Of a DNA stretch of 64,000 nt, positions 21,172-31,208 are shown piece by piece (position 1 is the stretch's first letter; every line of letters starts with the position of its first letter). Origin of the DNA: Escherichia coli (GTDB lineage: Bacteria > Pseudomonadota > Gammaproteobacteria > Enterobacterales > Enterobacteriaceae); assembly GCF_003019035.1 (NCBI RefSeq), contig NZ_CP027448.1. One strand, written 5' to 3'. The notes below the pieces were generated by a model that saw nothing but the letters and a program-made list of their open reading frames with translations, had not been told where the DNA came from and did no database searches. Both the position numbers and the translations under genes were made by a program.

Positions 21172-22588
21172 CGTTGCCCCCTCCCTGGCTGCCGGACATA
21201 AACTGCTGCGGATTCAGGTTGCCCAGCTGCTTCAGCATCTGGTCAGTATTAAAGCCGTTAAGATGACTTTCAGCCGATGGCGGAACAGGAACCGGACTTT
21301 CCGGATTGTCTTCTTCCGCTCTGCTCTGCGTGCGTTCCAGCGCCATCTCTTCCACGGTTTTCAGCTGGAAGCCGTCCTGGAACACCACGGTCACTTCGTT
21401 GCCCGCACCAATCGGTATCACCGGGTGATACTGTTCGGCACGTTTGATGTAGTAGTCACTGAGCGTCTGTGCGGCTTTCGATGCGCCGCCACCGATACCC
21501 ATTTTCAGGACATCACCAGCCCCGTAAGCGGCTGTGGCACCCAGCCCGACAGCCGGCTGGGAGGCGCGCTCCATTCCCTGACCGATACCGTCAACAAATC
21601 CCGCGCCCCATGCCCAGCCGAGGATTTTGCCGTTACGCATCACCACTTCGCCCTTGATACCGTTTTTACCCCGGAAGCTGACATGCCCCTTAATCGGCAT
21701 ATCAATAGTTTTGCCGTCCTTCAGGCAACTGATATTGCGGGTGCGTACAATGGCACGCTCACTGGACACATCCCCCCAGGCTTCCAGACCCACAAAACAT
21801 CCCGTTGCGTCATACGTCTTGCTGTTCGGCATTTCCACCAGGCCGGTGATACGCAGCTGCATCGGCACCGTGGATTCATTACCGGTGACAGAGGCATTGG
21901 CATCCGCCCCTTCAATCAGCATGGCTTTCGCAAAACTTCCTGACGGAATGTACGGCAGTGATGGTCCCTGTTTTCCCTCATTACGGGTAAACACCTTACG
22001 CTGTATCCGGTTAGGCACCGGCACAGACTGGTACGTCACCTGTGGTGGTGGCGTGACACCATTCCCGGGATAAAACGCCGTCGGCGGTGGAACAGCAACG
22101 CTGCCCTGCGGCGGGAAGGATACGGGGCTGTTTCCTGGCTGTGGTTCGCCTTCCGGGCCGGGCGGTGAGGCTGGCATCTGCGGTACTGGCTCACCGGTCG
22201 CCGTGACAGGATTAGCACCTAGGGCTTTCACCTGCTCTGCCAGGGCGGCATTGTCCTGTCCCAGCTTTTCAATACGACGCTGGTCATCACCGCGCTGTTT
22301 GTTCAGGACATCCAGCTCGCGACGGATTTCCTCATACTGCTTCTGCATCTGCGCTGCCGTCACCTGCATCTCTGTGGTGGCATGCTGACGCACCTTGTCA
22401 TCAAAGGTCGTATCCACCACACCGGTCATATCCGGCACGGGTTCCTGTTCAGCCACGGCCTCACCGTTACCGGACATGTCCACATCAGACAGATACAGTG
22501 CACCACCAATCGCGGAGGCTGTACCGACAACCACAATCCCCAGCCACAGGTACTGCTTGCGTTTCACAATGGTATTGATACTGGCCAT
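21161..22588 (-). CDS. traB: TraB (VirB10-like)
   Basis: 475 aa, Pro-rich region, N-terminal TM; synteny. Confidence 0.93.
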   Translation of the reverse strand: MASINTIVKRKQYLWLGIVVVGTASAIGGALYLSDVDMSGNGEAVAEQEPVPDMTGVVDTTFDDKVRQHATTEMQVTAAQMQKQYEEIRRELDVLNKQRGDDQRRIEKLGQDNAALAEQVKALGANPVTATGEPVPQMPASPPGPEGEPQPGNSPVSFPPQGSVAVPPPTAFYPGNGVTPPPQVTYQSVPVPNRIQRKVFTRNEGKQGPSLPYIPSGSFAKAMLIEGADANASVTGNESTVPMQLRITGLVEMPNSKTYDATGCFVGLEAWGDVSSERAIVRTRNISCLKDGKTIDMPIKGHVSFRGKNGIKGEVVMRNGKILGWAWGAGFVDGIGQGMERASQPAVGLGATAAYGAGDVLKMGIGGGASKAAQTLSDYYIKRAEQYHPVIPIGAGNEVTVVFQDGFQLKTVEEMALERTQSRAEEDNPESPVPVPPSAESHLNGFNTDQMLKQLGNLNPQQFMSGSQGGGNDGK

Positions 22589-23316
22589 CAGTTGCCCTCC
22601 CCGTCACGGATGACATACACATCCATGCGCGCACCTGCCAGTAACTGGCTGGCAGGCTGGCTGAACATCACGGCACGGGTTCCCGGCTGCCAGAAGTCAC
22701 TTTCCCGGATATTCAGGGCAGACAGCGTTTTATTTTCCACGGCAAAGCGGACCATCTTCAGGTGATTCCCCGTCCATACGGCATCTGCCACTGAAGACAG
22801 CCCCGCTGGGGCCTGCAGGGTTTCCTTTGTCACCGGGACCTGATACCAGCCTGCGGGTAATTTTCCGCCACGGACGGCCTGGCTGATGGTCACAAGCAGG
22901 GATTCGTAAGGCGTGGACGTTTCCCACGCACCGGCTTCTTCTCCGGTTCCGCGCAGGTCACTGACCAGCTGAATGGTACGCCCCGCGCCTTCACGGGGAA
23001 CGGCCTGAATGGAAAGATTCAGACCACGTTCTGTTTCCAGAATGAACGTAAAGGGCTTTTTGTTGACGGTGGCAACCACCACACCGCCGGAGGCGGTCTG
23101 CTCATTATTGGTCAGGGCACCATCCAGACTGTTCACGGCGATAATCCGGTCACCGGGAACGGTAAACAGATTCGGACTGGTATTGCTGATGGCAATACTG
23201 GCCTGACCACCGTTCACCATTGGCACCACGGTGGGGGCCAGCGTACCGTTTGCGGCCATCACGCTGCAGGAAAAAAACAGGCTGCCGAATATTATTGCCG
23301 TATTATTTTTTCTCAT
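22588..23316 (-). CDS. traK: TraK (secretin-like / VirB9-like)
   Basis: 242 aa with signal peptide; synteny. Confidence 0.9.
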   Translation of the reverse strand: MRKNNTAIIFGSLFFSCSVMAANGTLAPTVVPMVNGGQASIAISNTSPNLFTVPGDRIIAVNSLDGALTNNEQTASGGVVVATVNKKPFTFILETERGLNLSIQAVPREGAGRTIQLVSDLRGTGEEAGAWETSTPYESLLVTISQAVRGGKLPAGWYQVPVTKETLQAPAGLSSVADAVWTGNHLKMVRFAVENKTLSALNIRESDFWQPGTRAVMFSQPASQLLAGARMDVYVIRDGEGN

Positions 23317-23869
23317 CGTCTGTTTCCCCGAAATTATCCAGCCAGGTCACCCCGTTTTCCCGCTTCAGAATAAGGATGTAATGTTTGATATCAGTGAAAG
23401 GTTTTGAATCACCAATCCAGGTTTTAAGCACACCACGAATTTCCACACGGCCATACTGAGGCCAGACACGAACACTGGTCTGGAAAAAGGCTGAGTTCAC
23501 GTTATCGTTTTTAATACGCTTAGCTTCTTCAGCCAGAATAACTTTCATCTGGTTCTGTGCGCCCGGGCGGATATATTGCAGAAGCGCCTGATGTGAGGCA
23601 TCGACGGTTTCTGATGAAACATTCAGACGGAGGGCAATAAATGACAGCGCCATCTGCTGTAAATAAGAGGCGTCGGCACTGTTCTGTGACACGGCAAAGG
23701 GGGCATTAAATGCCATTGGCGTCACGGCAGTGCGTTGCTCATTCTGAAGACGGTAGTTATTCACCCCCTGAATGACGTTAACAGAGAGGCTGAGAACAAT
23801 AAGCACTGACATAAATATAAAGGCGATGGCCATTACACGACTGGTACTTAAACGGGCACCGTGTTCCAT
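23303..23869 (-). CDS. traE: TraE (VirB5/VirB8-like pilus assembly)
   Basis: 188 aa, N-terminal TM; synteny. Confidence 0.9.
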   Translation of the reverse strand: MEHGARLSTSRVMAIAFIFMSVLIVLSLSVNVIQGVNNYRLQNEQRTAVTPMAFNAPFAVSQNSADASYLQQMALSFIALRLNVSSETVDASHQALLQYIRPGAQNQMKVILAEEAKRIKNDNVNSAFFQTSVRVWPQYGRVEIRGVLKTWIGDSKPFTDIKHYILILKRENGVTWLDNFGETDDEKK

Positions 23870-23890
23870 ATAACAATCCTGGTATCAGTT

Positions 23891-24202
23891 CTATTTAATC
23901 CACTGCCGGAAACACGAATCGGGAACATTATGAAAAATACCGCGCAGCAGGGCTGTTGGCATATACCAGTAAATCAGGTCTCGTAACCAGGAACTGCCCC
24001 GCCCTTTTTTCAGTTTTTTAATCCCGAAATAAACCAGAACCGCTGCACCAATACCGAACAGATATTTCGATGTTGTGATACCCCAGCCAATACAGATTGC
24101 TGCGGGGATCAGTTCATCCAGTGGCAGGCCAAACCAGCGGCTCTGGTTGGTCAGTGTTTCCGGGAAACGATATTTCTTAAGTTTATTCTCGTCTCCCGAC
24201 AT
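23891..24202 (-). CDS. traL: TraL
   Basis: 103-aa membrane protein directly downstream of traA. Confidence 0.85.
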
Positions 24203-24216
24203 CGTTTTATTTCCTG

Positions 24217-24582
24217 TCAGAGGCCAACGACGGCCATACCCACAGCAATAAATACAGAGATGATGGCAAAACCGGCCAGGAACTTGACGTTTTTGGTCAT
24301 CATGTACATGACAGCACCGACCAGAACTTCAGCCAGAACAACCCATTTAACAACACTGGAGTCCTTACCGAAGGTCGCCTTAACCGTGGTGTTACCGCTT
24401 GCCATCAGGTCCTGACCACTGCTACCGGCGGCCATCGCCAGCTGCGGGAAGAACATCATCAGAACAGCAGCCGGGATCACAGCGCGAGCCAGGCGAAGTA
24501 TATTCAGACGAGTGAATTTGGAAAAAAACGATTTCTTTTTGACGGGCGAAGAAGCACCCTGAACACTTAAAACGGCGTCCAT
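24217..24582 (-). CDS. traA: Propilin TraA (F-type pilin)
   Basis: 121 aa; long leader then mature pilin [70 protein letters not shown] matches remembered F pilin. Confidence 0.97.
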
Positions 24583-24615
24583 ATGATTCCTCTGTTTAAT
24601 ATTGATAGATAAAAA

Positions 24616-24843
24616 CTAAAGTTCTTTAAATGTTGACTCGCTCTCTTCGGTCACCTCCCTGAATATTTCTTCGTTATAGAAATCAGGAAACCGTTTCAGA
24701 TGATCTCTGAGACGGATCTGGACTTCTATCGTTTTACTTCTTCCACTACGATCTTTGGCCTTAATAAGTCGGTTATTTGTATCCTCATCGAGATACACCG
24801 AGACCGTTCTGCTTATACCGCCTCTCGCGTTACGCCTCCTCAC
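24616..24843 (-). CDS. traY: TraY (short R100-type, 75 aa, inferred GTG start)
   Basis: C-terminal RHH-like sequence ...RSGRSKTIEVQIRLRDHLKRFPDFYNEEIFRE...; ATG-extended ORF (to 24936) abuts traJ stop leaving no promoter space, so start placed at GTG 24843 preceded by GAGG. Confidence 0.7.
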   Translation of the reverse strand: MRRRNARGGISRTVSVYLDEDTNNRLIKAKDRSGRSKTIEVQIRLRDHLKRFPDFYNEEIFREVTEESESTFKEL

Positions 24844-24936
24844 TAAATTCACCTCTGTTTCCCGACTAATAAAATTATGATTGCACAGAAATCGGCGAAA
24901 AAAAACACGCCAAAATTGGCGTGTCTTATTTAACAT

Positions 24937-25623
24937 TTATTTAACACCATAAAATTCACGAATTATACTTAATAGCGAATCTATTTCTCCTTTATATATA
25001 CATGACACTCTGAATAAATCAAAGTGTTCAAAAAACTCTTTTATTTTCCGTTTAACTGGTTTAATTCGATCCTCAGATGCTCTGTCTGTAATACCCAATT
25101 CTCTGGCAATTGTTGCGTGACCAACACCCAGCATATAAAAAGAGAAAACAACCAATGTTCCTGGAGAAAGATCATTCCATATCGTTAATTGACCAGAAGT
25201 ATTTGTATTACTTACACTCTGATTTAACGCAAAAAATGGATAATCAGGAAACGGATTAATTTGCCATAAAACAACAGATTCGTCATTATAAAAAGAAACA
25301 TTCTCCATCCTTATCTGATAGATTTCGCCATGAAAATTAAAACGACGACAAAATGCAGAGCCATGTCCAAGAGCCTGGCATTCCAGTTCAAGTGATGAAA
25401 GAAAAATTTCAACCTGCAGACGTATATAACTCTCTCCGGATAAAGGTTTATCTTCTCTGGAAAAGAGTTCAATAAAAGCCCCATTGGCATAAAGGATTTT
25501 CCGGTTTTTGTTACGGACACAAACCGGAACGGGAGAATTTCTGTAGATATTCTGAACGTTAAGGATGTATTTATTTACAGATTGACTGTTTAGTGGCCTT
25601 TCTCTACGATCCAGCGCACACAT
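24937..25623 (-). CDS. traJ: TraJ transfer activator (start set to MCALDRR..., 228 aa)
   Basis: ORF 24937-25701; ATG 25623 has GGAGG 5 nt upstream; position between traM and traY. Sequence is not the F allele as I recall it. Confidence 0.75.
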   Translation of the reverse strand: MCALDRRERPLNSQSVNKYILNVQNIYRNSPVPVCVRNKNRKILYANGAFIELFSREDKPLSGESYIRLQVEIFLSSLELECQALGHGSAFCRRFNFHGEIYQIRMENVSFYNDESVVLWQINPFPDYPFFALNQSVSNTNTSGQLTIWNDLSPGTLVVFSFYMLGVGHATIARELGITDRASEDRIKPVKRKIKEFFEHFDLFRVSCIYKGEIDSLLSIIREFYGVK

Positions 25624-25692
25624 AGGAACCTCCAGTAAGGATTCTATGGACAGTCGATGCAGGGAGTTACAGCTCCCTGCATCGGCGATTTT
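25618..25692 (+). ncRNA. finP: FinP antisense RNA (candidate), complementary to traJ RBS/start
   Basis: Plus strand opposite traJ leader shows imperfect stem-loop (25622-25648) then perfect hairpin GATGCAGGGAG-TTAC-AGCTCCCTGCATC (25656-25683) followed by T-rich tract: terminator-like, as expected for FinP. Ends approximate. Confidence 0.55.
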
Positions 25693-25812
25693 CAGTTTCA
25701 ATTTTTAACGTGGTATTAACCACATAATTAATATACTAATTATCTGACGTATTGTCATCTTTTTGAATCATAAAAATTCTTATATTTGAACCAACTCAAA
25801 CTTCATTTTCAT

Positions 25813-26196
25813 TTATTCATCATCATTTTTTGGGAAAAACCGGTCCATCTCAACAGACACTTTCTCTCTGATATCGTCAACCATACTGGCATATTCAAAC
25901 TTCGGGTTTCCGGAGACATGAGGACTGAGAGACTCAATACCTAAAATTTTCGCTACTGATGATTGTGTTTTTACAACGCATTCAAGAAGTAATTTATTAA
26001 ACTCAGTCTGATTAAATGCAGACTCTTTACGCTCCATCTGAGCGTCATATACACGGAGCCCTAATTCAAGAAGCATTGAAGCAGTTCCTGAAAGGCTTAT
26101 ATCTTTATCTCTTGCTCCCTCCTGACGACGCTTTTCAACAATCATGTTAATTTTTTCATGAACCTCATTACTGATATACAGATTTACTCTGGCCAT
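25813..26196 (-). CDS. traM: TraM relaxosome accessory protein
   Basis: 127 aa MARVNLYISNEVHEKINMIVEKRRQEGARDKD... closely matches remembered F TraM. Confidence 0.95.
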   Translation of the reverse strand: MARVNLYISNEVHEKINMIVEKRRQEGARDKDISLSGTASMLLELGLRVYDAQMERKESAFNQTEFNKLLLECVVKTQSSVAKILGIESLSPHVSGNPKFEYASMVDDIREKVSVEMDRFFPKNDDE

Positions 26197-26610
26197 AAGA
26201 CAGTACCTTTTAGATTCTGAAATAAGAGTTTTATTTCATCTACTCATAGTATGGTCTGAAAAAATAAGAGCACCCCTAGCAGCGCCCCTAGGGGCATACT
26301 ATAAAAAAACGCACGGCGCTGCTAGGGGCGGCCCTAATATATCCAAATGTTTTTCATGAAAATTGTCAAAACTGACCCTAACAAGGGTCGTCATAGGGTC
26401 GTTATAGGGTCGTCAACGACCCTATTTAATAATGTAAAATAAATTAAAATACATTATTTAGAACATAAACTAATGATTTAAAAAACAAATCAGCAAAAAC
26501 TTGTTTTTGCGTGGGGTGTGGTGCTTTTGGTGGTGAGAATCACCAACCTGTTGAGCCTTTTTGTGGAGTTGGTTAAATTATTTACGGATAAAGTCACCAG
26601 AGGTGGAAAA
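26197..26610 (+). promoter_or_regulatory. oriT: oriT region; nic predicted between 26519 and 26520 on the plus strand
   Basis: Sequence TTTGCGTGGGGTGT/GGTGCTTTTGGTGGTGAGAATCACC matches remembered F nic region; lies between traM and orf169; direct/inverted repeats at 26280-26340 and 26385-26425 are candidate TraM/TraY/IHF sites. Confidence 0.85.
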
Positions 26611-27120
26611 ATGAAAAAATGGATGTTAGCCATCTGCTTGATGTTTATAAATGAGATCTGCCATGCCACTGATTGCTTTGATCTTGCAGGCTGGGATTAC
26701 AAAATAGATCCTGATTTACTGAGAGCAATATCATGGAAAGAATCCCGTTACCGGGTTAATGCCATCGGTATTAATCCGGTAACGGGATATGGCAGCGGAC
26801 TGATGCAGGTAGATTCCCAGCATTTTAACGAACTGGCCCGCTACGGAATTAAGCCAGAACATCTGACAACAGATCCCTGCATGAACATTTATACCGGTGC
26901 TTATTATCTGGCAATAGCATTTAAAAAATGGGGCGTCACCTGGGAGGCCGTTGGTGCATACAATGCAGGATTCAGGAAATCCGAACGCCAGAACCAGAGA
27001 CGTCTTGCCTACGCATCAGAGGTTTACCGGATTTATACCGGGATAAAAAGCAGTAAAGGTATCCGGCTTCCGGCCACGAAGAAATCACTTCCGGAAATTA
27101 ACAGCGTGCAGAACAATTAA
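26611..27120 (+). CDS. Lytic transglycosylase (F orf169 / gene X / R1 gene 19 type)
   Basis: Start set at [10 protein letters not shown]... (169 aa) inside ORF 26518-27120 because the longer ORF would read across nic; signal peptide and ...WKESRY... transglycosylase-like motif. Confidence 0.85.
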   Translation: MKKWMLAICLMFINEICHATDCFDLAGWDYKIDPDLLRAISWKESRYRVNAIGINPVTGYGSGLMQVDSQHFNELARYGIKPEHLTTDPCMNIYTGAYYLAIAFKKWGVTWEAVGAYNAGFRKSERQNQRRLAYASEVYRIYTGIKSSKGIRLPATKKSLPEINSVQNN

Positions 27121-27365
27121 TCTTACAGATATTGTCAGATACCGGTTATGCCGCAAAAGCGGCATGGAAGGCCACACACAAAAATATCATATGAGTGACA
27201 ATACTGACTGGCCGAAGCCCCGCGAAGAGGTAACCCATCTTATATATACCCGGTAACTGCGCAGCCTCCTGCCAGACCATTTTTCGCGGGCACAATATTT
27301 ACAGACAACCGGAAATCCGGTCGATGAAATTGAGGTATATCAGACGACACAGCAATGCCGAAAAA

Positions 27366-27417
27366 TGATAATATAAGTAAAGCCCCGAAAAATTTTTCGG
27401 GGCTTTACTTATATTAT
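27366..27417. terminator. Bidirectional rho-independent terminator between convergent orf169 and DUF932 gene
   Basis: Long perfect palindrome GATAATATAAGTAAAGCCCCGAAAAA/TTTTTCGGGGCTTTACTTATATTATC. Confidence 0.6.
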
Positions 27418-27530
27418 CATGACTTCCACTTTCTGAACTGTTCGGCAATCACCCATAACGCCTTGTTGATTCTTATATCACCATCAATACCTGTAATGGC
27501 TCTTGTCCTGGTATTTTTCCCGGAGGCACT

Positions 27531-28319
27531 TCACCCCGATAATCCACCTTTTATCATATTCTCCTGAACCCGCTGCCAGGTTGTCCAGAGATCGTTCTGT
27601 TTGTCTTCCCGACGACGGGGAGTAATTATCTGTTCAGGTGTCACTGGCGTTTTATTTTCATCTTCATACCTGACCATCAGTGCAGCTCTGCCAAATAAAT
27701 GTTGCTCGTCACTGTTAAGATGAATTTCTTTCATCGCCTCCATATTATCAGTGACCTTATCAAAGACACCGAGCACTTCATACGCTCCCTCGATAACCTG
27801 CCCGACAATATCACCTTTATGTGGAACGCGGATTTCGCCAAAATTATTTCCGCACACCAGGCCATTTGTGCAGACAAAACGAAAAATTCCGGGGATCATC
27901 TGATAACTGGATGAACCATCATGTGAATTAAGCAGGATAATTTCAGGAGCTTCCTGTCCGTTAATATGCCCTTCCCTGCGAAGACGTAACATATGTTTAC
28001 TGTATTCGCGACGTCCCAAATCACGAACCCGACTCTGACAGGCAAAGAATGGCTGGAAACCTTCATCACGTAACTTATTGATGATATTGATTGTTGGAAT
28101 ATACGTATAACGTTCACTCCGGGACTCATGTTTATCACCGGAAAATACCGAAGGCACGAACTGCATTAATTCATCATCCGTTAAAGGACGTTCACGGCGG
28201 ATGGAATTATACCGACCAAAACGGGAAGCTAATCGCATAACAGCTACTCCTTTATGAAAGAATAAATTTAATAAAAAATTTTTCCGCTTAATATCATCCC
28301 CCCTGATCTCCATTAACAA
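27531..28319 (-). CDS. DUF932-family leading-region protein
   Basis: 262-aa ORF; family assignment from memory of conserved IncF leading-region proteins; not verified. Confidence 0.7.
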   Translation of the reverse strand: MLMEIRGDDIKRKNFLLNLFFHKGVAVMRLASRFGRYNSIRRERPLTDDELMQFVPSVFSGDKHESRSERYTYIPTINIINKLRDEGFQPFFACQSRVRDLGRREYSKHMLRLRREGHINGQEAPEIILLNSHDGSSSYQMIPGIFRFVCTNGLVCGNNFGEIRVPHKGDIVGQVIEGAYEVLGVFDKVTDNMEAMKEIHLNSDEQHLFGRAALMVRYEDENKTPVTPEQIITPRRREDKQNDLWTTWQRVQENMIKGGLSG

Positions 28320-28356
28320 GATTGCAACAATCAGGAGGGATATTCATCACATCCGG

Positions 28357-28644
28357 TCAGCAGATCGCCCGGATATCGAGGCCGGCACGCTTAATCTGAC
28401 GCAGGAACTGTTTGAAGTGATCGGCTTCCGCAATGTTGATATGGCGGAACTGCTTATCCACACCCTGACTGAGCGCGTAGCTATAACTGAAGGCCATCTT
28501 TTCCGGGTGGCTTTTGCGATATTTTTTCAGCTCAGTCAGGCTGCTGAATTCCAGGACGTCCCACTCTTCCCTGGTGTTTTTTTTCTTCCCGGCAACAAGA
28601 AGCGTGTACGACGCGGTGTTAACGTGGATATTTCGGGTACTCAT
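28357..28644 (-). CDS. DUF905-family small protein (YkfF-like)
   Basis: 95-aa ORF, GAGGAGA RBS upstream of ATG 28644; immediately downstream of repeat copy 1. Confidence 0.65.
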   Translation of the reverse strand: MSTRNIHVNTASYTLLVAGKKKNTREEWDVLEFSSLTELKKYRKSHPEKMAFSYSYALSQGVDKQFRHINIAEADHFKQFLRQIKRAGLDIRAIC

Positions 28645-28666
28645 CCTGCTTTCTCCTCTCTCTGGT

Positions 28667-29314
28667 TTTCAGCCCCCATCATCTTTTGAGTTTCGGGAGC
28701 CGCGGTTTTGACGTTTTGCGGGGACCTGCCTTTTGTTCCCTCCGGTATTCACCATCACCTTTTTGAGAACCTTCGCCGCAAGGGGCATCACTGCCACGGA
28801 CGGAAACGACTGTCCGGGGGCAGACCGCAAAAGTTTTTGCCTGCTTTTGAGCAAAAAGTTTTGCGGGATGTACATTTCACCCCTGGACTGGCGGAGACGG
28901 TTGTGGCTGTATCAGCCCCCGGCGACAGGGGCTTAAACAGGTGAATGGCACCGGACAGAACAACGGGCAGGGACCCGCCGCAACGACGTGAAGCGCGGTT
29001 TGCGAAACGGCGTTGCCCCTTACATCCCGGCGGCCTTTTGCCGGGATGCCGGGAGCGCAGGCCACGGCGCGACAGAGGCGGCGCGACCGGAACGGTCGCT
29101 GCAAGCCCGGGGTTTTCACGCATCGGACCGTAGCGACAGCCCGAAACCGCGCCAGCGGGTTCGGCGGAGACTGGCAGGTGCGCCAGCAGCTGCCTGTCGG
29201 AGTCGGGCCTGACGACCGGATGCCGCCAAGCAGCCGGGAGCCGAAGGTGCGCCCGGCAGATAGGACAACACTGCAGTAGTCAGAATCAGAGCAGAAAGAA
29301 AAAGAGAATAATCA
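28667..29314 (+). repeat. Structured ~0.63-kb leading-region repeat, copy 1 (Frpo/ssi-like candidate single-strand promoter)
   Basis: Near-identical to 34087-34720 and 37421-38033; contains hairpins (28825-28866; CATCCCGGC...GCCGGGATG); ends about 20 bp upstream of the DUF905 start. Confidence 0.75.
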
Positions 29315-29565
29315 CAGGGAAGGTGATGTGATTTCTGACAGGCCATAACCAGAGAAGGCGGGGGAAAAGAACGGGCGCCGCAGGCGCGCGTTCATCCCCG
29401 TTCCTGAAGGGAAACGACCTTCCTGAAGTCAGGTTGTTCATGCCCGTACAACATCAGCAAGGAGAAAGGGGCTACCGGCGAACCAGCAGCCCCTTTATAA
29501 AGGCGCTTCAGTAGTCAGACCAGCATCAGTCCTGAAAAGGCGGGCCTGCGCCCGCCTCCAGGTTG

Positions 29566-29724
29566 CTACTTACCGGATTCGTAAGCCATGAAAGCCGCCA
29601 CCTCCCTGTGTCCGTCTCTGTAACGAATCTCGCACAGCGATTTTCGTGTCAGATAAGTGAATATCAACAGTGTGAGACACACGATCAACACACACCAGAC
29701 AAGGGAACTTCGTGGTAGTTTCAT
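29566..29724 (-). CDS. hok: Hok-family toxin (52 aa), flmA/hok
   Basis: Reverse-complement translates [52 protein letters not shown], the Hok sequence as I recall it; below the 60-aa cutoff so absent from ORF track. Confidence 0.9.
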   Translation of the reverse strand: MKLPRSSLVWCVLIVCLTLLIFTYLTRKSLCEIRYRDGHREVAAFMAYESGK

Positions 29725-29782
29725 GGCCTTCTTCTCCTTGCGCAAAGCGCGGTAAGAGGCTATCCTGATGTGGACTAGACAT
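29570..29782 (-). CDS. mok: Mok (modulator of killing) overlapping reading frame
   Basis: 70-aa ORF overlapping hok in another frame, the known hok/mok arrangement. Confidence 0.65.
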   Translation of the reverse strand: MSSPHQDSLLPRFAQGEEGHETTTKFPCLVCVDRVSHTVDIHLSDTKIAVRDSLQRRTQGGGGFHGLRIR

Positions 29783-29825
29783 AGGGATGCCTCGTGGTGG
29801 TTAATGAAAATTAACTTACTACGGG
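29758..29825 (+). ncRNA. sok: Sok antisense RNA (candidate)
   Basis: Plus strand opposite mok 5' end, contains hairpin GTTAAT-GAAA-ATTAAC; ends approximate. Confidence 0.45.
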
Positions 29826-30003
29826 GCTATCTTCTTTCTGCCACACAACACGGCAACAAACCACCTTCACGTCATGAGGCAGAAAGCCTCAAGCGCCGGG
29901 CACATCATAGCCCATATACCTGCACGCTGACCACACTCACTTTCCCTGAAAATAATCCGCTCATTCAGACCGTTCACGGGAAATCCGTGTGATTGTTGCC
30001 GCA

Positions 30004-30723
30004 TCACGCTGCCTCCCGGAGTTTGTTCGGCACCATCCACCGCTCCATCTCACGGACAGCGTGACCGGCCTCTCTTGCTGCAAGACTGGCTTCCGCAATA
30101 ACCTGCCAGAACGGCATATCCTGCCACTGCCAGCGTTCCATTCCGGCCAGTGACGGAAAACGCTCGCCCCACTGCCAGAACAGGGTTTCCAGGTCATGCT
30201 CTGCCACCCGGTCACTCCAGCGTGCATGCCAGCTTCCGACTGTTTCCGGCGAATGGAATGCCAGTTCGATTTCAGCCTGAGCGACCAGCGCCTGGTACGC
30301 ACGGGCTTTCTGCTCTGCCTCCCTCGCCTGCTGGCGGCTGTACTTCTGCATGACCAGCGCGGATTTATGGCGACTGCGTTCCCTGACACGAAACCGCACC
30401 GACGGGAACAAGCGCTCTGCTGCATCACCGGGAAGGGGAAGGAGGCAGACCTCGCCCTGTGTTTCAATCAGCACATCGATGGCATACAGCCACTGAAGAC
30501 GGTTGCCGTGCAGTTCTTCTGCGGTCAGGGACGGCATGAAAAATCGCAGGTCAGACAGCGATATCCTGCGGCTTCCGTTCAGACAGCGGAAAAACGCCCC
30601 CGCATACGGATATTCAGCCAGCGTGTTACCCTGATGGCGGCGTTTTTCGGTCTCCGCCACCGCCCGCCATACGGCCTGTTGCTCTGTGCTGAGGGGAACC
30701 AGTGCCTGTGAACGTGCGCTCAT
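30004..30723 (-). CDS. psiA: PsiA (plasmid SOS inhibition protein A)
   Basis: 239 aa; 4-nt overlap with psiB; synteny ssb..psiB-psiA. Confidence 0.88.
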   Translation of the reverse strand: MSARSQALVPLSTEQQAVWRAVAETEKRRHQGNTLAEYPYAGAFFRCLNGSRRISLSDLRFFMPSLTAEELHGNRLQWLYAIDVLIETQGEVCLLPLPGDAAERLFPSVRFRVRERSRHKSALVMQKYSRQQAREAEQKARAYQALVAQAEIELAFHSPETVGSWHARWSDRVAEHDLETLFWQWGERFPSLAGMERWQWQDMPFWQVIAEASLAAREAGHAVREMERWMVPNKLREAA

Positions 30724-31157
30724 GCCTGACCTCCTTCCGCCATCAGGATATGGATGATGTCACTGACGCTGTACCCCTGCGCGTCCAGTGACGCCGCCAG
30801 TGCCAGTGAATGGCTGACGGCTTCCGGTGCAAACCGCCGCTGTACCTGAACCACCGCAAACGGCTCACCACCGGCATTCACCAGAACCAGCACCCAGACC
30901 TGAGAGACATCGCCCGGTGAACATAACGCCAGGTGAAAACGTTCGTGGGCAGGCGTGAAACGGACCTGGACGGGGAAAAATCCGCCAAACTCGCTGCCGT
31001 ACTCGCCGTTCATCGTCCAGTTGTCCGGCGCATCCAGCTCCCGCATCACGGCGTGTGTCAGCTCACGGCGTTCATCACTTCCGGCAGCCCGGATATCTTC
31101 ATATTCCTGTGTGTTCATGGTCTGTAATACATTCAGGGTCAGTTCAGTTTTCATCAC
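30720..31157 (-). CDS. psiB: PsiB (anti-SOS, RecA inhibitor)
   Basis: 145 aa [47 protein letters not shown]...; matches remembered PsiB. Confidence 0.9.
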   Translation of the reverse strand: MMKTELTLNVLQTMNTQEYEDIRAAGSDERRELTHAVMRELDAPDNWTMNGEYGSEFGGFFPVQVRFTPAHERFHLALCSPGDVSQVWVLVLVNAGGEPFAVVQVQRRFAPEAVSHSLALAASLDAQGYSVSDIIHILMAEGGQA

Positions 31158-31208
31158 GGTATCTCCCTTGCTGCCGCCCCGTCTCCGGCGGGGCGGTGTG
31201 GTTGTTCA

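Noticed and set aside
26518-26610. N-terminal extension of the orf169 ORF
   Set aside because: It would start at the oriT nic sequence itself; the internal start with signal peptide matches the expected 169-aa product.
28708-29279. Multiple overlapping ORFs on both strands inside repeat copy 1 (and equivalents at 34131-34702 and 37447-38016)
   Set aside because: GC-rich structured repeat; ORFs occur in several frames on both strands and variation between copies preserves base pairing, not codons.
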